Positions 27,480 through 41,568 of a stretch of DNA of 64,000 nt are shown here, one piece after another. A program made the translations under genes and the position numbers. The notes beneath the pieces were generated by a model that saw only the letters and a program-made list of their open reading frames with translations, did no database searches and was not told the origin of the DNA. Origin of the DNA: the human T2T-CHM13v2.0 reference genome, Homo sapiens; NCBI RefSeq assembly GCF_009914755.1, contig NC_060926.1; one strand, 5' to 3'. How positions within the stretch are numbered: the first letter of the stretch is position 1; every line of letters begins with the position of its first letter.

Positions 27480-28200
27480 TAGCTCCTGCTATTCCCTAGT
27501 CATCTCTAGAATCTGTTCCTCACTTTCACCTTCTTGGGCTGGTTCAGGAATTCATTCTCTGGCTCACAGCTCTTCTTACTCCAATCAATTCCCCCTGCTG
27601 CCACGAGAGTCAATGTTCTAAAAAACAAATTCAGTTGTCATCAGGGGACACAAAACAATGTTTTTCTCTAGGTGCCAATCATATTCCATAGTCCTGTGTT
27701 TCATCCTAAGCTCCCCAACCTAGGCTGCTTGAAGCACCACTTCACATGGAACTTCCTATATTCTCTCACACATCACTTCTGAGTGTGAGGCTTCCTCTCT
27801 CTATGACGGAAGATCTGATTAGTCCTTCATGGTCAACCTCAAGTATCACCTGTTCACTGAAGATTTGTTCAACTTATCCACCATTTATATGCCTCAGAAC
27901 ATCTTGTTTATTTTTCACTTCAGTACTTTTCACTCTATATGACATTTTCTTATTGATATTCACGTATCTCCTGCTAACAAGCAAGTTTCTCGAAAGCAGG
28001 GTCTTTATCTTACCACTGTATCATCAGTGTAGTATGATGCTTGCTTGATGTAGGACTCATTTGCTCATTTATTAATCTTACATATCTGCTTATATTACCT
28101 ATAATACGTATCAGACATTCTGCTAGGTACTAGAGATAAAGCTTGTAGTAGATTCATGACAGATATTATTGAAATGAATGAATATATTACCTTCTGATCC
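27480..28200 (+). mobile_element. L2 fragments
   Basis: Pyrimidine-rich L2-like sequence ending in AAGTTTCTCGAAAGCAGGGTC…GATGCTTGCTTGATGTAGG. Boundaries approximate. Confidence 0.5.
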
Positions 28201-28294
28201 TATCATAAAGATAATCACATTGCACCTTTACTCCAAGTCCTATCATCTTATCATTGTCATGGAGCAGGCAGAGAATATTTCTTCTATGTTCAAA

Positions 28295-28530
28295 TAAGCA
28301 ATTGTGGTATTAAAAAAAGGCTGAACTAGAATCAGAAGTCTTGGATTTGAGTTTCTTGGCTACAATTAATGGCTAAGGATATTAAGCAAGTCATGTAAAT
28401 ATCTCTGGTAATGATTTTCTTTTCTTTAAAATGAAGGAAATATTTCATACCCCATTAACACACTCTAAGAATTAAATGATATAGGTGGAATTGGTTTGTT
28501 AACAATTGTTTTACACAAATGTTAAGGTGC
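28295..28530 (+). mobile_element. MIR
   Basis: GAACTAGAATCAGAAGTCTTGGATTTGAGTTTC…AGCAAGTCATGTAAATATCTCTG…TTTAAAATGAAGG…AAGAATTAAATGA. Confidence 0.65.
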
Positions 28531-29379
28531 TATTGCTTTCAGACAAAACGTGTTACTATTCCTCTGCATCTGGTAACATCTTTCATTTGCACTTTCAACA
28601 GTAATACACTGTATTTATTATTTACTGTCCACCTGGAATGAAAATCATCAAATACTACTTGTTCAATCAAACTGCAGTAACACTCATTCTCAGAGATAAT
28701 GAGATTGAACTGGAACTAAATGAAAATACATTTTGCTAAATCATAGTCACAGCCTAAAAATGAAGGTCAAAATGGAACTATAACTCTGGGTAGAGTGTGC
28801 TGGAAAATGCAGAAAATTCTAACAGGCCCATTCAAACCCAATATTATCAGATAAAAGGCCATATTGTACCTCACAATTTTAGTAAGTGTAAAATATGTTT
28901 TATCGTTTCTCTCTTCTTTTTAGAGCAATCAGGGTCTGGACCCATGGCTATTATCTCCACTACAGAACAGGACCTAAGAGGTTGCAGACCCATATTGCTT
29001 GATGTTTCTATTCATCTGACGTAAGATGTATTTCCATCATCTTTTTTTCCTTGTCATCTTTAAACACAGTCCTACTCTCTATAGTTAAAAAACATAGAAT
29101 CTGATTTGATAGAGGAGACTGCCCTGTGAAATTTGAAACAATTTATGAAATACTTAATTGACTTATTGTTAATTGAGAGCTAAACCAAAATTTTAGAAAT
29201 AGTTTCAAGCCATTTTACCAACCACAAAAATTGTGTATCATTTTTATAAATACAGACAAAGAAAATAAATTGAACCTCATATGGTAGAATAATGTGCATC
29301 ATTTTTCAAATCCTGTTAATGTTTTTCTCTGATTCTGCTGAGAAATACCCCAGGATTTTTTTTTTTTTTAGGGAAATTA

Positions 29380-30350
29380 TTGTGGCAGCATTCATACTCA
29401 TTTCACGGTAGAATTAACCATACAACTCATGTTTTCTGACATGGGCATGTGACCCAGACAATGTTAAAAGTGTCTTTCTCTATGATATTTCAAACAAGAA
29501 TTGTTTAAAAATAGAGTACTTCCTTTGTAGTGATGCACAGAAAAGATGTGAGCCTGGGAGCCACTAGTGGCCATAATTGCAGCTTAATCGAGAAAGCCAC
29601 ACAGAGAGATTAAAAGCAACAACCACATAGAGAAAAACAGAACAAAATACTACAAAAGCTGGGAAGTGATGAGGTAAGATACTAGAGATCAAATTCTCCT
29701 AGACAGACAGAAAGTAAATTTCAGAAAAAGCCAAAATCAGACTCTAAAAACAAGAATTGAGGATAAATCTGAAGAATAAATAAGCAAAAATAGGAGGCTC
29801 AGGGTGAAGAGATTAGATTAAGTTTTTGGACCAGAAGATAGGCTCAGAAAAATAAAGTATATTCCAGAAGAGGTATGGAGATTTTGTGTATTCTTGTTAT
29901 GCAAACCACATTGAATATTCAAGGGCACTGAGGTCAACTATACTGTTCTTAGGATGAATTCACTCTATATCAACCACTTGACGATATCAAATCCCCATCT
30001 CCTGGGGCATATTCTGTGCTTTGTTCTATTCAAAAGAAAGCAATGAATAGTTTCTTCTCCCTTACTTTTATCTTCCACAGTGGTGGGAGTGCTAGCACTC
30101 TAACAATCCTTGACTTCATTACCACATGTCCCACTTATGGCCAGGAAGATCTAAGTGGACATCCCTGGGGAGATTCTGGGAAAGCTTTTTAAGATGAATA
30201 GCCTTAGCGTTATGTCCCTTTAGTTGCTTGCACTTCTTCCATTCATCCTTCTCCCATTTTCTGCCTGGACAAAGGAAACAATGATAAAATTCATGACAAC
30301 CATTTTTGGACTATGAAGATGGCAGTAACATGCTAAGCATGGTGGAGTTT
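29380..30350 (+). mobile_element. Decayed MLT1 (J/K/L-like) LTR pieces
   Basis: GGGCATGTGACCCAG…GATGTGAGCCTGGGAGCCACTAGTGGCCAT at about 29440-29580, and GATTCTGGGAAAGCTTTT…CATGCTAAGCATGGTGGAG at about 30170-30350. Confidence 0.4.
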
Positions 30351-31949
30351 CAACATGAATTTTAGAGCAGACACACGTTCAAAGCATTGTAGGTCCCTCT
30401 CGTTTCATCGATAGCCATCTTCAGCATTAGCAGATGTTCCCACAAAATGCCAAGAAAAGCTATGTCCCTTCCAGGAATCATTGTCTTTCTCCTAACATTT
30501 TTAGGTGCCAGGTAGAGTTAAGAATGTTGCGTCTGGCTGTGACAAGTTTTCTCTTGTTTAGAGTGGCAAATTTGGCCTTTCTAAAATTGTGAATGTTCAT
30601 GTCATCAGGTACTCAAATATTAAGGAATCAATATATGTTTTAAACAAACTGAAAATAATTCTTAAAAGTTGATTTTGGCCTTCGTTCATTATAATTGAAC
30701 TAATTTCCAATATGGATAGGGTCCAAATAACATTACTTTTTTAGAAATAAATTATACTTTCTTTATAAGAAATAGTTTCTAAGTCCCTTAAGAGTTAATT
30801 ATTGTTTTCATTTGTTTTTAATTTTTAAAAACTATATTCCTTAAAGAATATTTGTAATCATTTTTCCTCTATCAGATCTTATAAAAAGAAATAGCCATGT
30901 CACCTCAGAGTCATTTTGTCAGAGTGACTCTGATGTTATCTTTGAGTTACTACCTTGTCTTTCTTTAACTTTTGTTTCTCTTTTCTTTTCAATCTGTCAT
31001 ATTCACTAGTGAGCATGGTATTATATAGATATTACACTGATATTTAATTTTACTATCTCCATATTTCCCTCTCATGTAAACTGAAAATTGTTTTAATGGG
31101 ATTCTCATCCATTTTTAAAATAAGGTACTTGACCATCTCCATAGTAAGAAAATCATATGACATTTCTCCACATGTGTGTAATGCCCTGAATTCATATAGT
31201 TCACCTTTCTCTATGACTGATCTTATCACCTGAAATACTGCTCAATAAAACCAAATCACAACATGTTTTCCCTCATTTTTCTTATTTCTTATTTTCTTCT
31301 TCTTTATATCAATTTAATTGCTTAGTTAACAAGTATATTTCTATATGGGCTTTACTGGTTATGTGAATTTGTAGATTTATTGTGTGAAAATTTGTATTTT
31401 TCCACTTTGTCCCACTTCCCAATTAGTCAATCAAATTTCTACCTAACTGTGAAACTACTCAGTTTTCACAGGGTTGTTATGCCTTCTCTTAATTGTACAT
31501 ATATAAAAAGATAAATTCTCATTGTTTCAATAATTTTTAAAAAAAATTTTTCATAATGAGTTTGTGTGTTTGAATTTCTGTTCCCCAATTAGACCACGAT
31601 AATTCACCCCCAGTTTAGAACAGTGTCTGGTACACATAAGGTTTTCAGTAGATATATTTTATCCGAACTCGATCATAATAGACGGAGGGGCTAGAACTAA
31701 GTCTACTTCTCCTTTCTAACTGCCCGCAAGAGCTAATAGAGTACTCAGAACATATTTAGCTAATGCTGAAAAACAGAAAATGAGACTAGAACTAAAAGTC
31801 TGGCCTTAAAAATTGACTGAACATAGGATGTTTTCCTCCCCCAAAAAAGTTAGTCCCTTATTCCTTCTATGAATTACAACAAAAAATCTCAGAAAAAATA
31901 AGTAAATATCAGAGTACCTTAAAAGTCCAGAAAAGAAAGCAAACTAGCT

Positions 31950-34900
31950 AGAGATTTTATGACTTGAGGAATAAGGGGGAAGTGAATTGTCTGTGTTTTG
32001 TTTGTTTTTTCCTCCTATGTATCTCTGCCTGGGTACTGGAGAAACCCACAAAACATAAATGATAATGGGAGCAGATAAAACAACAACAACAAAACCGCCA
32101 CAAGGATGGTACATATATATGTATGCGCATATATATGTATGCATATATATATACACCATCCTTGTGGGGGTATATATACCATCCTTGTGGGGGTTTTGTT
32201 GTTGTTGTTTTATCTGCTCCCATTATCATATATATACACACAGAAAAGGATGGCTAATGAGACATAACCCTCTTGACTATGTACTCCCTCCAAGAAAACG
32301 CTGCACCTCTCTGTTTCCCTACTGCATCCTCCAGCCCCAGACTTTGAACAATAGCTTGTCTTTCATCCCTATTTTGCACAAAGGAGGCAGTATCCCTATC
32401 TCTCCCCACTGTGCACTCTGCCAACTGTGTGTTAGAGTCCTACCAATCATCTCCACATTGCAATAGCATGAGCAGATGTGCTTTCCCTCCCATCCACAGT
32501 GAGCATTGTGACTAGGAAGACTGTGGAGTAAAAAAGCGATGTGATCATTCCAACGCTGAACTAAGCATCAGAAAAGAAGCAGCACTCTTTTTCCTTCCTG
32601 TCATGTGCTGTGGAGCTCATGAAGTAGAGCACTGCTACTATCCTAATCTTGCACTAGCTGAGTGACAGCAAAGATGAAGCAACCAACTCCCACCTAATTA
32701 GAAAATAGAGGCTATGTATAGGAAGAAGAGGGAGCTTCAGAAAGAGATCCTGTATATGAAGTTCTGGGCAAACTCCAGAGCGGCCATGCATGAAACCAAC
32801 CAGAATCACAGGGCAAAATGTATGAGAACTGAACGATGGTGCAGAATATTGCCAAGATTTCAAGTTGGTCGTTAATGAAAAGCACATAAACAGAAGAGAC
32901 CAGAAGAGCACTGTAAATGTTTTGAAATCTCAATTAACATTTAAACTACGGCCCACAAAAGTTGGCCAGGACATGCACTCTGAACTTTAACAGGCATATC
33001 ACCTGCTTTAGCAGATATAAATAGGAAATATTATCATATACAACTTAAAATTTCCAGAATATATTAAACATCATTTACCATGTCGACCATGAAAATATCA
33101 ATTTGAGCAAGAAAATCAACAGACACCAAAGCAAGATGTATCTAATTACAACATGATGTTGCAATTATCTGATGATGATTTTAAAATCTGTATCATAAAA
33201 ATACTCTGATAAAAAATTAGAAATTATTTGAATCAAATGAAAATATAGAAAATCTTGACAAAGAAATATCAGATATAAAGAAAAACGAAGGTGAAAATTT
33301 AGAACTGAAAAATACAGTAAGAAAAATTGAAAACTCACAAGATTGGTTCAATAGCAAAATGAACATGACAGAGGAAAGAATTAGCCAGTTGGAAGACAAA
33401 TCAATAGAAATTATCCAATTGGAATAAAAAAAAATGCACCATTCCTCAAAAAATATGAACAATCAAAATATATCAAAGATAAAAATAGATAACATGAATA
33501 ATCTTTATTAACAAAATTGAGTATCTAGTTAAAAAGCTTTTAAAAAAACACTCAGCCTAAATAGATTCAATAGTAAATTCTATCAAACACATAATTAAGA
33601 AATGACCTCAATTTGACACAATTTTATCCAGTAAATAGATAACACTTGTCAATTCTTTTAGTGAGCCCAGCATTGCCTTAATACCATAGCTAGATAACAT
33701 CAATACAAAAAAACAAAATTACAAACCAATAATCCCTGTGAACATACATATAAAAATCCTCAACAAAATACTAGCAAATAGAATCCAGATTATAGATAAA
33801 TTAATTACATACAATGATAAAGGCAGTTTATTTCAGGAATACAAAGCTGGTTTAGTATTTGAAAACTTACCACATTAAGAGTATAAAGAAAAAAAGACAA
33901 AAAGTTATATCAGTTGATGCAGAAAAAACATTTGCCAAAATGCAATACTCACTGATATAAAATTCTCAGCAAACTGAGAACAGAATGGAACTTCTTCAAT
34001 CTGATAAAGAGTATCTATCAAGAATACACAGTTACCATCAAACTTACAGATGAAAGACTAAGTACTTTCCACCCTAAATTGGGAGAAAAGCAAAGATGTT
34101 GACTATCATCATTCCTATTTAAGTAGTATTAGAAGTTCTAGCTACTGCAATAAGGCAAGTAAAAGAAATTAAAGGCATACAGATTGAGAAATTTATTGGA
34201 AAAGAAAGAAATGTTAACTGTTCCTATTTTAACAGATGGCATGATTTGTCTATATGGAAAGTCCCAAAGAATCTATTGAAAAAAAAATATCCTAGAACTA
34301 GTAAGTGAACTTAGCAAGGTCACAGAATATAAGACCATGACATAAAAATTAAGTATATTTCTATAGAGTAGTAATGAGCTATTGTTATTAACATTTCAAA
34401 GTTACTAAATAACTCTCCAAAATGGAAAACTTCAGTATAAGTCTAACAAAACTTGTACAGTACATGTATACCTTAAACTATAAAGCACTGATGAAATAAT
34501 TCAACAATGACCTAAATTAATGTAGGGATACACCATGATCATTGATTGGAAGATGCAACATGATCAATAATACAATTCTCTCAAAACTAACCTATAGTAT
34601 TCTATCAATTTGTATCAAAAACTTAGGATATTTTTGTAGATATATACAAAGTAATTCTGAAATTTATATAAAAAGCAAAGGAACTATAGAAGAGTTAAAA
34701 CAATTTGAAAATGAATAATAAGGTTTGAGAAATCACATTACTGGATTTTAAGACTTTCTACATACTTTACAGTAAGTGTAAAAGAAGCATGAGTAGGGGG
34801 ATTGACACAAATACCAGTGGAGCAAAATAGGAAGTTCAGTAATAGGCAAACCAAAGTACTCACAACTGATTTTTGACAATGATTCAAAAGCAATTCAATG

Positions 34901-36770
34901 TAAAAAGGATAGTTTTCTAACAAATGAAATAATTGGACATCCCTAGGCAGAAAATAAGCCTCAGTCTAAACTTACAAATTGTATAAAATATTAACTCAAA
35001 ATAAATTAGAGATATAAATAACCTAACACTAAAATTTTTAGACAAAAACACAGGAGAAAATCTTTGTTACTTTGGGCTAGGTGACACATTCTTAGACATG
35101 ATGCCAAATGTACAATTTACAAAAGAAAATATTTATTAATTAAACTTCACTAAAATTGAAACACTTTGTTCTGTAAAATATCCTGTTAATAGGTTGAAAA
35201 GACTAGCCACAGACTGGCAGAAAATATATTGCAAATTGCTTATGTTACAAAGGGCTTGTTTCTGGAATATGTAAGGAATATGTAAGGAACTCATATTCAA
35301 TCAGAAAATGGGCAGAAGTCTTAAACAGACATTTAATCATAGAAGATACATAAAAGGCAAAAAAAATCGCATGAAAAGAAAAATACTAGCCATTAAGGAA
35401 ATGCAGATTAAAGCTATGATGAAATAACACCATAAATGTATTAGAATGGCTAAATTAATAAATTCTGACACTACCAAATCCTGGTGTTAGGATACAGACC
35501 AACTGGATCTTTCACATACTCCTAATGGGAATAAGAATGGTGTGACCTCTCTGGAAAACAGTCTGAAAGTTTCTCATAAGTTTAAATATACACATATCAT
35601 ATAATCCTGGGTATTTATAATAGAGAAATAAAAACTCACGGTCATATTAAAAACCCATCCATGAATTTCCATAGCAGCTTTGTTTTTAATAGTGAAAAAC
35701 TAGAAGCAATTTAAATGTCCTTTACCAAGTAAGTGAGGTATAAAAGAGGTGGTACATCTGTGCAAAGTAATCCTACTCAGGAATAAGAAGGAATAAACTA
35801 TTGATATAAGCAAATACTTTAATGAATCTCAAGGGCCCTATGTTAAGTGAAAGAAACTGAACCAAAAATGAGTACATACTATATGATTACATTTATGCTA
35901 AGTTCTAGAAAAGTTTAAATGATAAAAGTCTAAAACAGACCCATGATTGCCAGGGGTTAGGTTTAGTGGGGAGAGTGTGAAAAGGCTGATTTGAGATTAT
36001 GAAACATTTTTCTATTTTGATTGTGGTGGTAATTATATTAATCCATATCTATGATGAAATTTCATAGAATTAAACTTTTTAAAAATATGTGTAAAAATAT
36101 GAAATCCAATTAAGTTTTGTAGTTTACTTGATAATACTGGTCCAATGTCAATATTTTGACTTTGATAATATACGATGGTTATGTAAAATGTCATCATTGA
36201 GGAAACTGTGTAATGCAAATTATCTGTATTTATTTTGCAAAGTTTTATGAGTCTTAAATTTTTCAAAACAATTTTTTTATAAAAAGTCATTCTCAATGGT
36301 TGCATAATTTATGATTTCATTTATTTAGCCTATTAAAATAAAAAAAATTTGTGATAGAGAAAAAAAATCAGTGGTTTCCAGGGATCAGGATTAGGAAGAG
36401 GGAGTAACTACATACAGGTAGCATGAGGGAGTTTCTCTGGAGCACCAGAACAGTTTTCTATCCTGATTTTGGTGGGGGTTATACAAATCTATACATGTGA
36501 TAATATTTCATAGCATTTTGTAACAACCACCATGAAAAACCCAAAGGAAAAAGAAATAAGTAAGTACAAAAACTGGTGAAATCTGAAAAAAAAAATCAGA
36601 TAGTTTGGTTTATAATATTCAATTTTCTGTTTTTAAATTACACACACTATATAACATTTATAAAATGTTATCATTAGGGGAACCTGAGTGAAAGGTACAC
36701 AGAAACTCTCTGTACTGTTCTTACAATATTTAAATCTAAAATTGTTTCCAGACAGCAGTTTAAAAATTGA
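31950..36770 (+). mobile_element. Old L1M (L1MC/MD-like) element(s): 5' region, ORF1 piece, ORF2, 3' UTR
   Basis: ORF1-like sequence at 33100-33450; RT-region remnants (ATATCAGTTGATGCAGAAAAAACATTTG, AAAGGCATACAGATTG); 3' UTR motifs at about 35700-36270 and a second 3' piece at about 36340-36770. Confidence 0.8.
32059..32229. repeat. Inverted repeat with 53-bp arms (1 mismatch) around an (AT)-rich spacer
   Basis: 32059-32111 equals the reverse complement of 32177-32229 except for one base. The spacer carries a further copy of CCATCCTTGTGGGGG. Confidence 0.97.
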
Positions 36771-37665
36771 CTCAATATAGAAAATAGAGTGATTTTTGGT
36801 GTGAATTCTTAACTCAGAAGTCTTTTTCCTGCTCCTACCTGATGTCATCTGTTGCCTAACAACCTTATTCCTCATTGAGAGGCATTACAAATGGGAAAAC
36901 GCCACTGAATTACTTCTCACTGACTGTAAAGCAATCACATTATTACTTGGCAACCAGCCCAGGGTTATGGGCAAGAAGTTACTCAGAAAAAAAGCTCAAA
37001 TTCAGTTTTTATTTGAAATTTCCCCTAAAATAGAAGGATGTTCATCAACACAGAATGGGAGCATGCACAGCTTGATCGAACATAAGACTGTATGTAATTT
37101 TACTGAACTATTATAGAAGATTTCTTGTCAAGCTTTCAAAAAGTAGTAAAACAATAATATTCTGAAACATTTGATTCATATTTAATGAACAACATATAAA
37201 CAGTTCAAATTTAAGTAAACACTGTAAAATCATTTCCTAAGCAAGCTACTATTTTGTTTCAACCAGGGAACTAATAATATTCGGTAGGAGTGTGCTCTAA
37301 TAATGATTAGTAAAACTCTACAGTTTATCATGGAAAATAAATCAAATAAAAGACAATAAAATACTAACTATACTAAAATAATGTTTCTTTCTACCATAAA
37401 CATAAAGCAAACAGCTTGATATTCCTGCAAATACCAGATAAAACGAGATATGTTTCTGGAAAATTAACCCCTTCGAACATTTCTTTATAGCCCCAAATCT
37501 CCAAAATTTAAATTTTGACTCAGTTTTGTGAAACAAGCAGCATCTGGGAAGAAGTGATGAAAATGTATTACTGTGATGACATATATTTATGTCAGGAATG
37601 TGGAATTCACATGTAAAATATGACAATATTTAACTTTACTCAATCCCTATTTTCCCAATACACAC

Positions 37666-38392
37666 TGATAATTAGGAAATCTGCCCCTAAATTTTTGTCT
37701 TCTAAAATTTCCCCAGCCAGGGTGGGCACAGTGCCTCACGTCTATAGTCCCAGGCACTTATGAAGCTGAGCCAGGAGGATCACTTGAGCCTGGAGAGGTG
37801 GAGGCTGCAGAGAGCCATAATTGCACCACTGCACCCCAGCCTAGGCGAAGTTTTTGAGACAAGGTCTCAAAAAAAAAACAAAAACAAAAAACAAAAAACA
37901 CAACAAAACAACAACAACAACAACAACAACAAATCCAGGCTTTTGCATTCAGGAAACATCTTTCCATAAAGAACCACATTTCCCCATAAAATTCAAATAA
38001 GACTCATAGTACACTCTTTTACTGACTCCTATAAGATTTGCATATGACTTCCTTTAATATCTGGTTAGAAAAGACCAAAGAGAGACCCTCTAAATTCTTA
38101 TTCTGTGTCTCAAGAGTGATTAGCTAAGATTTGAACTATTTGTCCCCTTGAAACTAGCCAGACACACAGATAAACATTTCCTGTTGAGCTAAATGACTGA
38201 GACTTCCCTTGATTGTAAAGCAGTCACAACTCTAAATCACACCACCTGAAAATTGTCTACTCCTCCCTATGAATGTCTAAGGCAAAAATCACCCTGCCAG
38301 GACACTAATCTTCAGATCTACAGTGCTTTCCCTATGGCAATAGGCTGTACAAAATCTCTCCTTAATTATCTGGTGCACACTAATCTTTGACA
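37666..38392 (+). mobile_element. ERV1-class solo LTR (MER67-like), interrupted by an Alu monomer
   Basis: Begins TGATAATTAGG and ends TCTTTGACA, with a U3/R-like composition. Family assignment is from recall only. Confidence 0.5.
37717..37931 (+). mobile_element. Alu monomer (FRAM/AluJ right-arm-like) with A/(CAA)n tail
   Basis: GGAGGATCACTTGAGCCTGGAGAGGTGGAGGCTGCAG…CACCACTGCACCCCAGCCTAGG; tail drifted to (CAA)n. Confidence 0.85.
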
Positions 38393-38580
38393 AAATAAAA
38401 TGCAGTAAGGGGTTTTGATTTTGCTTAATGATATACTGTTTTGTATAACAAATGATTCCAATGTAAGATTTAAATTTTAATAAATTTCTAAATTAGTAGC
38501 AATTTTTTAATGAATATACTTTAGAAAGATTGCAAGGTTGAACCTTAGCTGTATAAAAGTACCTACCACTTTCTAAAACA

Positions 38581-38700
38581 TTTTAAAATTTATTTTTAAT
38601 TGAAAAATAATAACTGTATATATTATACATTAAGGGTTAAATATGATATTTTTATACATGTTTACATTATTTAATGATTTACAAGCACTAATTAAATAAA
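38581..38700 (-). mobile_element. Short L1MA-type 3' end
   Basis: TTTATTTTTAATTGAAAAATAATAACTGTATATATT…, flanked on both sides by TTCTAAAAC (TSD). Confidence 0.6.
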
Positions 38701-39379
38701 TTCTAAAACCAGCTTAAATCTCAAGAAGTCTTTCTCAGCCAATCAGAATATGTCATCAGTGAATGGGTTCATAAGTCAGTACATAAGGAGATTTCCTGCC
38801 AACTCAAAACTACACCTTTAATAAATTAGATGTAACTTCCTAATATTGAATTTGTAACTCTACAATAATTATTCCAAGTATGTTTGGGTTAAACTAGGTC
38901 CATCATATCAAGAAAAAAGAATTGAGAAGGGACCAAAAAGCTATTTCAATCTCCCTCTTCTACATGCAGTGAAGATATGAAATATTTTAATATTGCAATC
39001 TCTTTTTTGGTTTTCTGAAAAACAACATGTAAATAAAAACAAAGGGGTAGGCATTAGGATACTGAAAAGAACCAAATGTCACACTGTGCAGAAAAAAAGT
39101 AAAATATCTCATTCATCTCTGACAGGGAAAGGTAGAAGTGATAAGTTATTTGATGGAAAGACTGAGGATAGAAAAGGAACTCTGTTAAAAATGGGAAAAA
39201 AGAAAGTTTTCACTATAGTGTTTTTTTCATCTATTAAGGATGAATAGATCACATTTGATTCAAAGCTGGTGTTAATTTTGTAGACCATGATTCTTTATTC
39301 TTGTCACCAATACTTGTAGTTTCCAGTACCTCAGTTGACAATGTCCTATTAATTTAATGAAAGGTCTTAATCTCAATCA

Positions 39380-39950
39380 AGAAGATTTGAGTATCAAGAC
39401 ACTAAGAGTCTGTCCATTTCCATTGTAACTACCATCGTCCAATCCACCATTATTTCTTACTTAGACCACTGCCACACCTCCAAATTTGTCATCCCAAATC
39501 CACTACAGACTCTACTCCCAACCAAATCCCCTTTCTCCAGTTATGGCTGGAATTTTTTTTTTAATTTCAAATATGATTTTTTTCACTGTTACAACTAAAT
39601 ACTTTAAAAGTTATACATTGTTCCTATATTTTAAGTCTAACTTTCTGAACATGTTGTTTCTGATGTTAAAATTCTTCCCACTTCTTTCAAGGTCATTTCT
39701 AACCACTCCCATCACTGAATACAAATTAGTCATTCTGTGCTGTCTATTTCTATAACTGCCCTTCATTGTTTCTCCTCAAGGCATGTGCATTTTCCTTGCC
39801 TAAAATATTTCTTTTCCCACGTTGGCTTATTCTTATTTGACCTCAGCCCTCATTTTAATTTTATTTCTCCAGAGAAGCTTTTCCTGGCCATTCCTCACCT
39901 CCTAAATTAGATTTAGTTTACTCTCACACAGCAATCTTTACCGTCATAGG
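39380..39950 (+). mobile_element. L2 fragment
   Basis: CCACCATTATTTCTTACTTAGACCACTGCCACACCTCC…TCTCCAGAGAAGCTTTTCCTGGCC, typical L2 segments. Confidence 0.55.
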
Positions 39951-41394
39951 GCCATCAAATCATAAAGAAATCACTAAGTTTTCATTAGACCATGATATCA
40001 AAGCAGACTGGCAGGATAATTGCTTGAATGACAATTTTTAAGAATCCTCCTATTAGTGAAAAAGACTTGAGTATCAGGATATTAACATTAAGACCTTTCA
40101 TTATATTCTTAGGAGGTTGTCAAAAGACAAGTGCTTCATGTACAGATACTAAGATTGAAGGAAATTTCCCAGTGACCATTCAAAAGTGCTCAGACCCATC
40201 CAAGGGAAATTGTTCCACATTATTAAGTAGATAAAGGAGGGTTATAGAAAACCCAAAAGGACAAATTACCCTTTGTGGAACAAAATGAAATAGTTGTAAA
40301 TATTGGCTGAGTGAGACACTCTCCTTGGCAGCATTAGAAACTAGATCAGCATTTCAGAAAAAATTCGCAATTCAGAAAGGCAATAAATTGTAGGACAAAA
40401 TCAGAAACAGTAGTCAGAATGATTTTACAACCCTTCCTAAGAGCTATTCTTGACTATTCCTGAGTGTTTTAAGAGGTTTGGAAACTGTTTTGTGGTGAAA
40501 AAGTTCTTTTTTCTGTTTATTTTTTAAATTTAATTCACTTTTTGTTAGAATTTCATAAAGTACAATACTAATCAATACAAAATATTGCTAGGCAAAATAA
40601 TTTTTCAGATAAAGAAAATTGATTTTTACTACTATTACGGCATACATTCTTAGGGTTTTATCAATGTGGAAAAGTGGATAGAACTTGGATAAAATAATAA
40701 ATTTTGTTGTACTTCTGAGTTGGGGAGATGGAAGTAGAGAAAACTTCCAAGAGGCAAAAAAATAGTTGAAATCTGAGCTTGGAGTAGGAAGCACAGTAGA
40801 AGTGTAGGTAAAATTCTAATATCAAGATTGCTTAAGGGAAGAGGAGGGAGTGACCAGTCTGCTAGCTTGAGCCAAGGAATCTAAAGGAGATGTCTTTAGA
40901 TTTAAATTTAGGGTCTCAGATTGATGATACTGCCTGTCTCACAAAGAAGCAAAAGCAAGTTTTACTGGATGAAATAATCTTCAATTTAGGCCTCAGTTTT
41001 TACAAATGTTAAGAACAACCAATATGAGCTTTTATCAAAGATAGTCAAATTTATCAGAAAATCATTTTTTGAGAAACAGCCAGCCCAAAAAATTGCCATT
41101 AATTGTATATGTATAAAAATGTTAAAGAGATAAACAATACAATCATATATATATGAAATTTTTAAAGAAACAAGAAATGCATTGGCAAGAAACATGAAAA
41201 ATAAAAAAGATAATCCAAAATTACGAGATAGATTTCAAAACAAACGAATAAGATCATTTAGAAATAAAAATTTTGAAAATATATATGTATAATTGTTGAA
41301 ATAAAAAACTCAAAGATGACAAACTGATTAGACTTACCTAAAGGGAACTAGAAAATATACCTAAATTTATCAAAACTAAGTAACTAGAAGTTAG

Positions 41395-41519
41395 ACTTGA
41401 GTCTCATTCCCAAGGTACCTCATTATGAATATGCATATATTCTAAAATCTGAAAAAAAAAGTGAAATCCAGAACACTTCTGGTCCCATGTATTTTGGATA
41501 AGAGATATTCAGCTTGTAC
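41395..41519. mobile_element. Tigger4/MER46-like TcMar fragment with one terminal repeat
   Basis: CTCATTATGAATATGCATATATTCTAAAATCTG…AACACTTCTGGTCCC…GGATAAGAGATATTCAGCTTGTA. Confidence 0.75.
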
Positions 41520-41568
41520 TGAAAATAAATAATTGACAACCTAGAACTCAACATCAAGTAAAAGTAAC

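Noticed and set aside
30906-30935. Small hairpin TCAGAGTCA…TGACTCTGA
   Set aside because: 9-bp arms are expected by chance in 64 kb; no other support.
31944-32466. ORFs on both strands sharing MIMGADKTTTTKPPQGWYIY
   Set aside because: Artefact of the inverted duplication.
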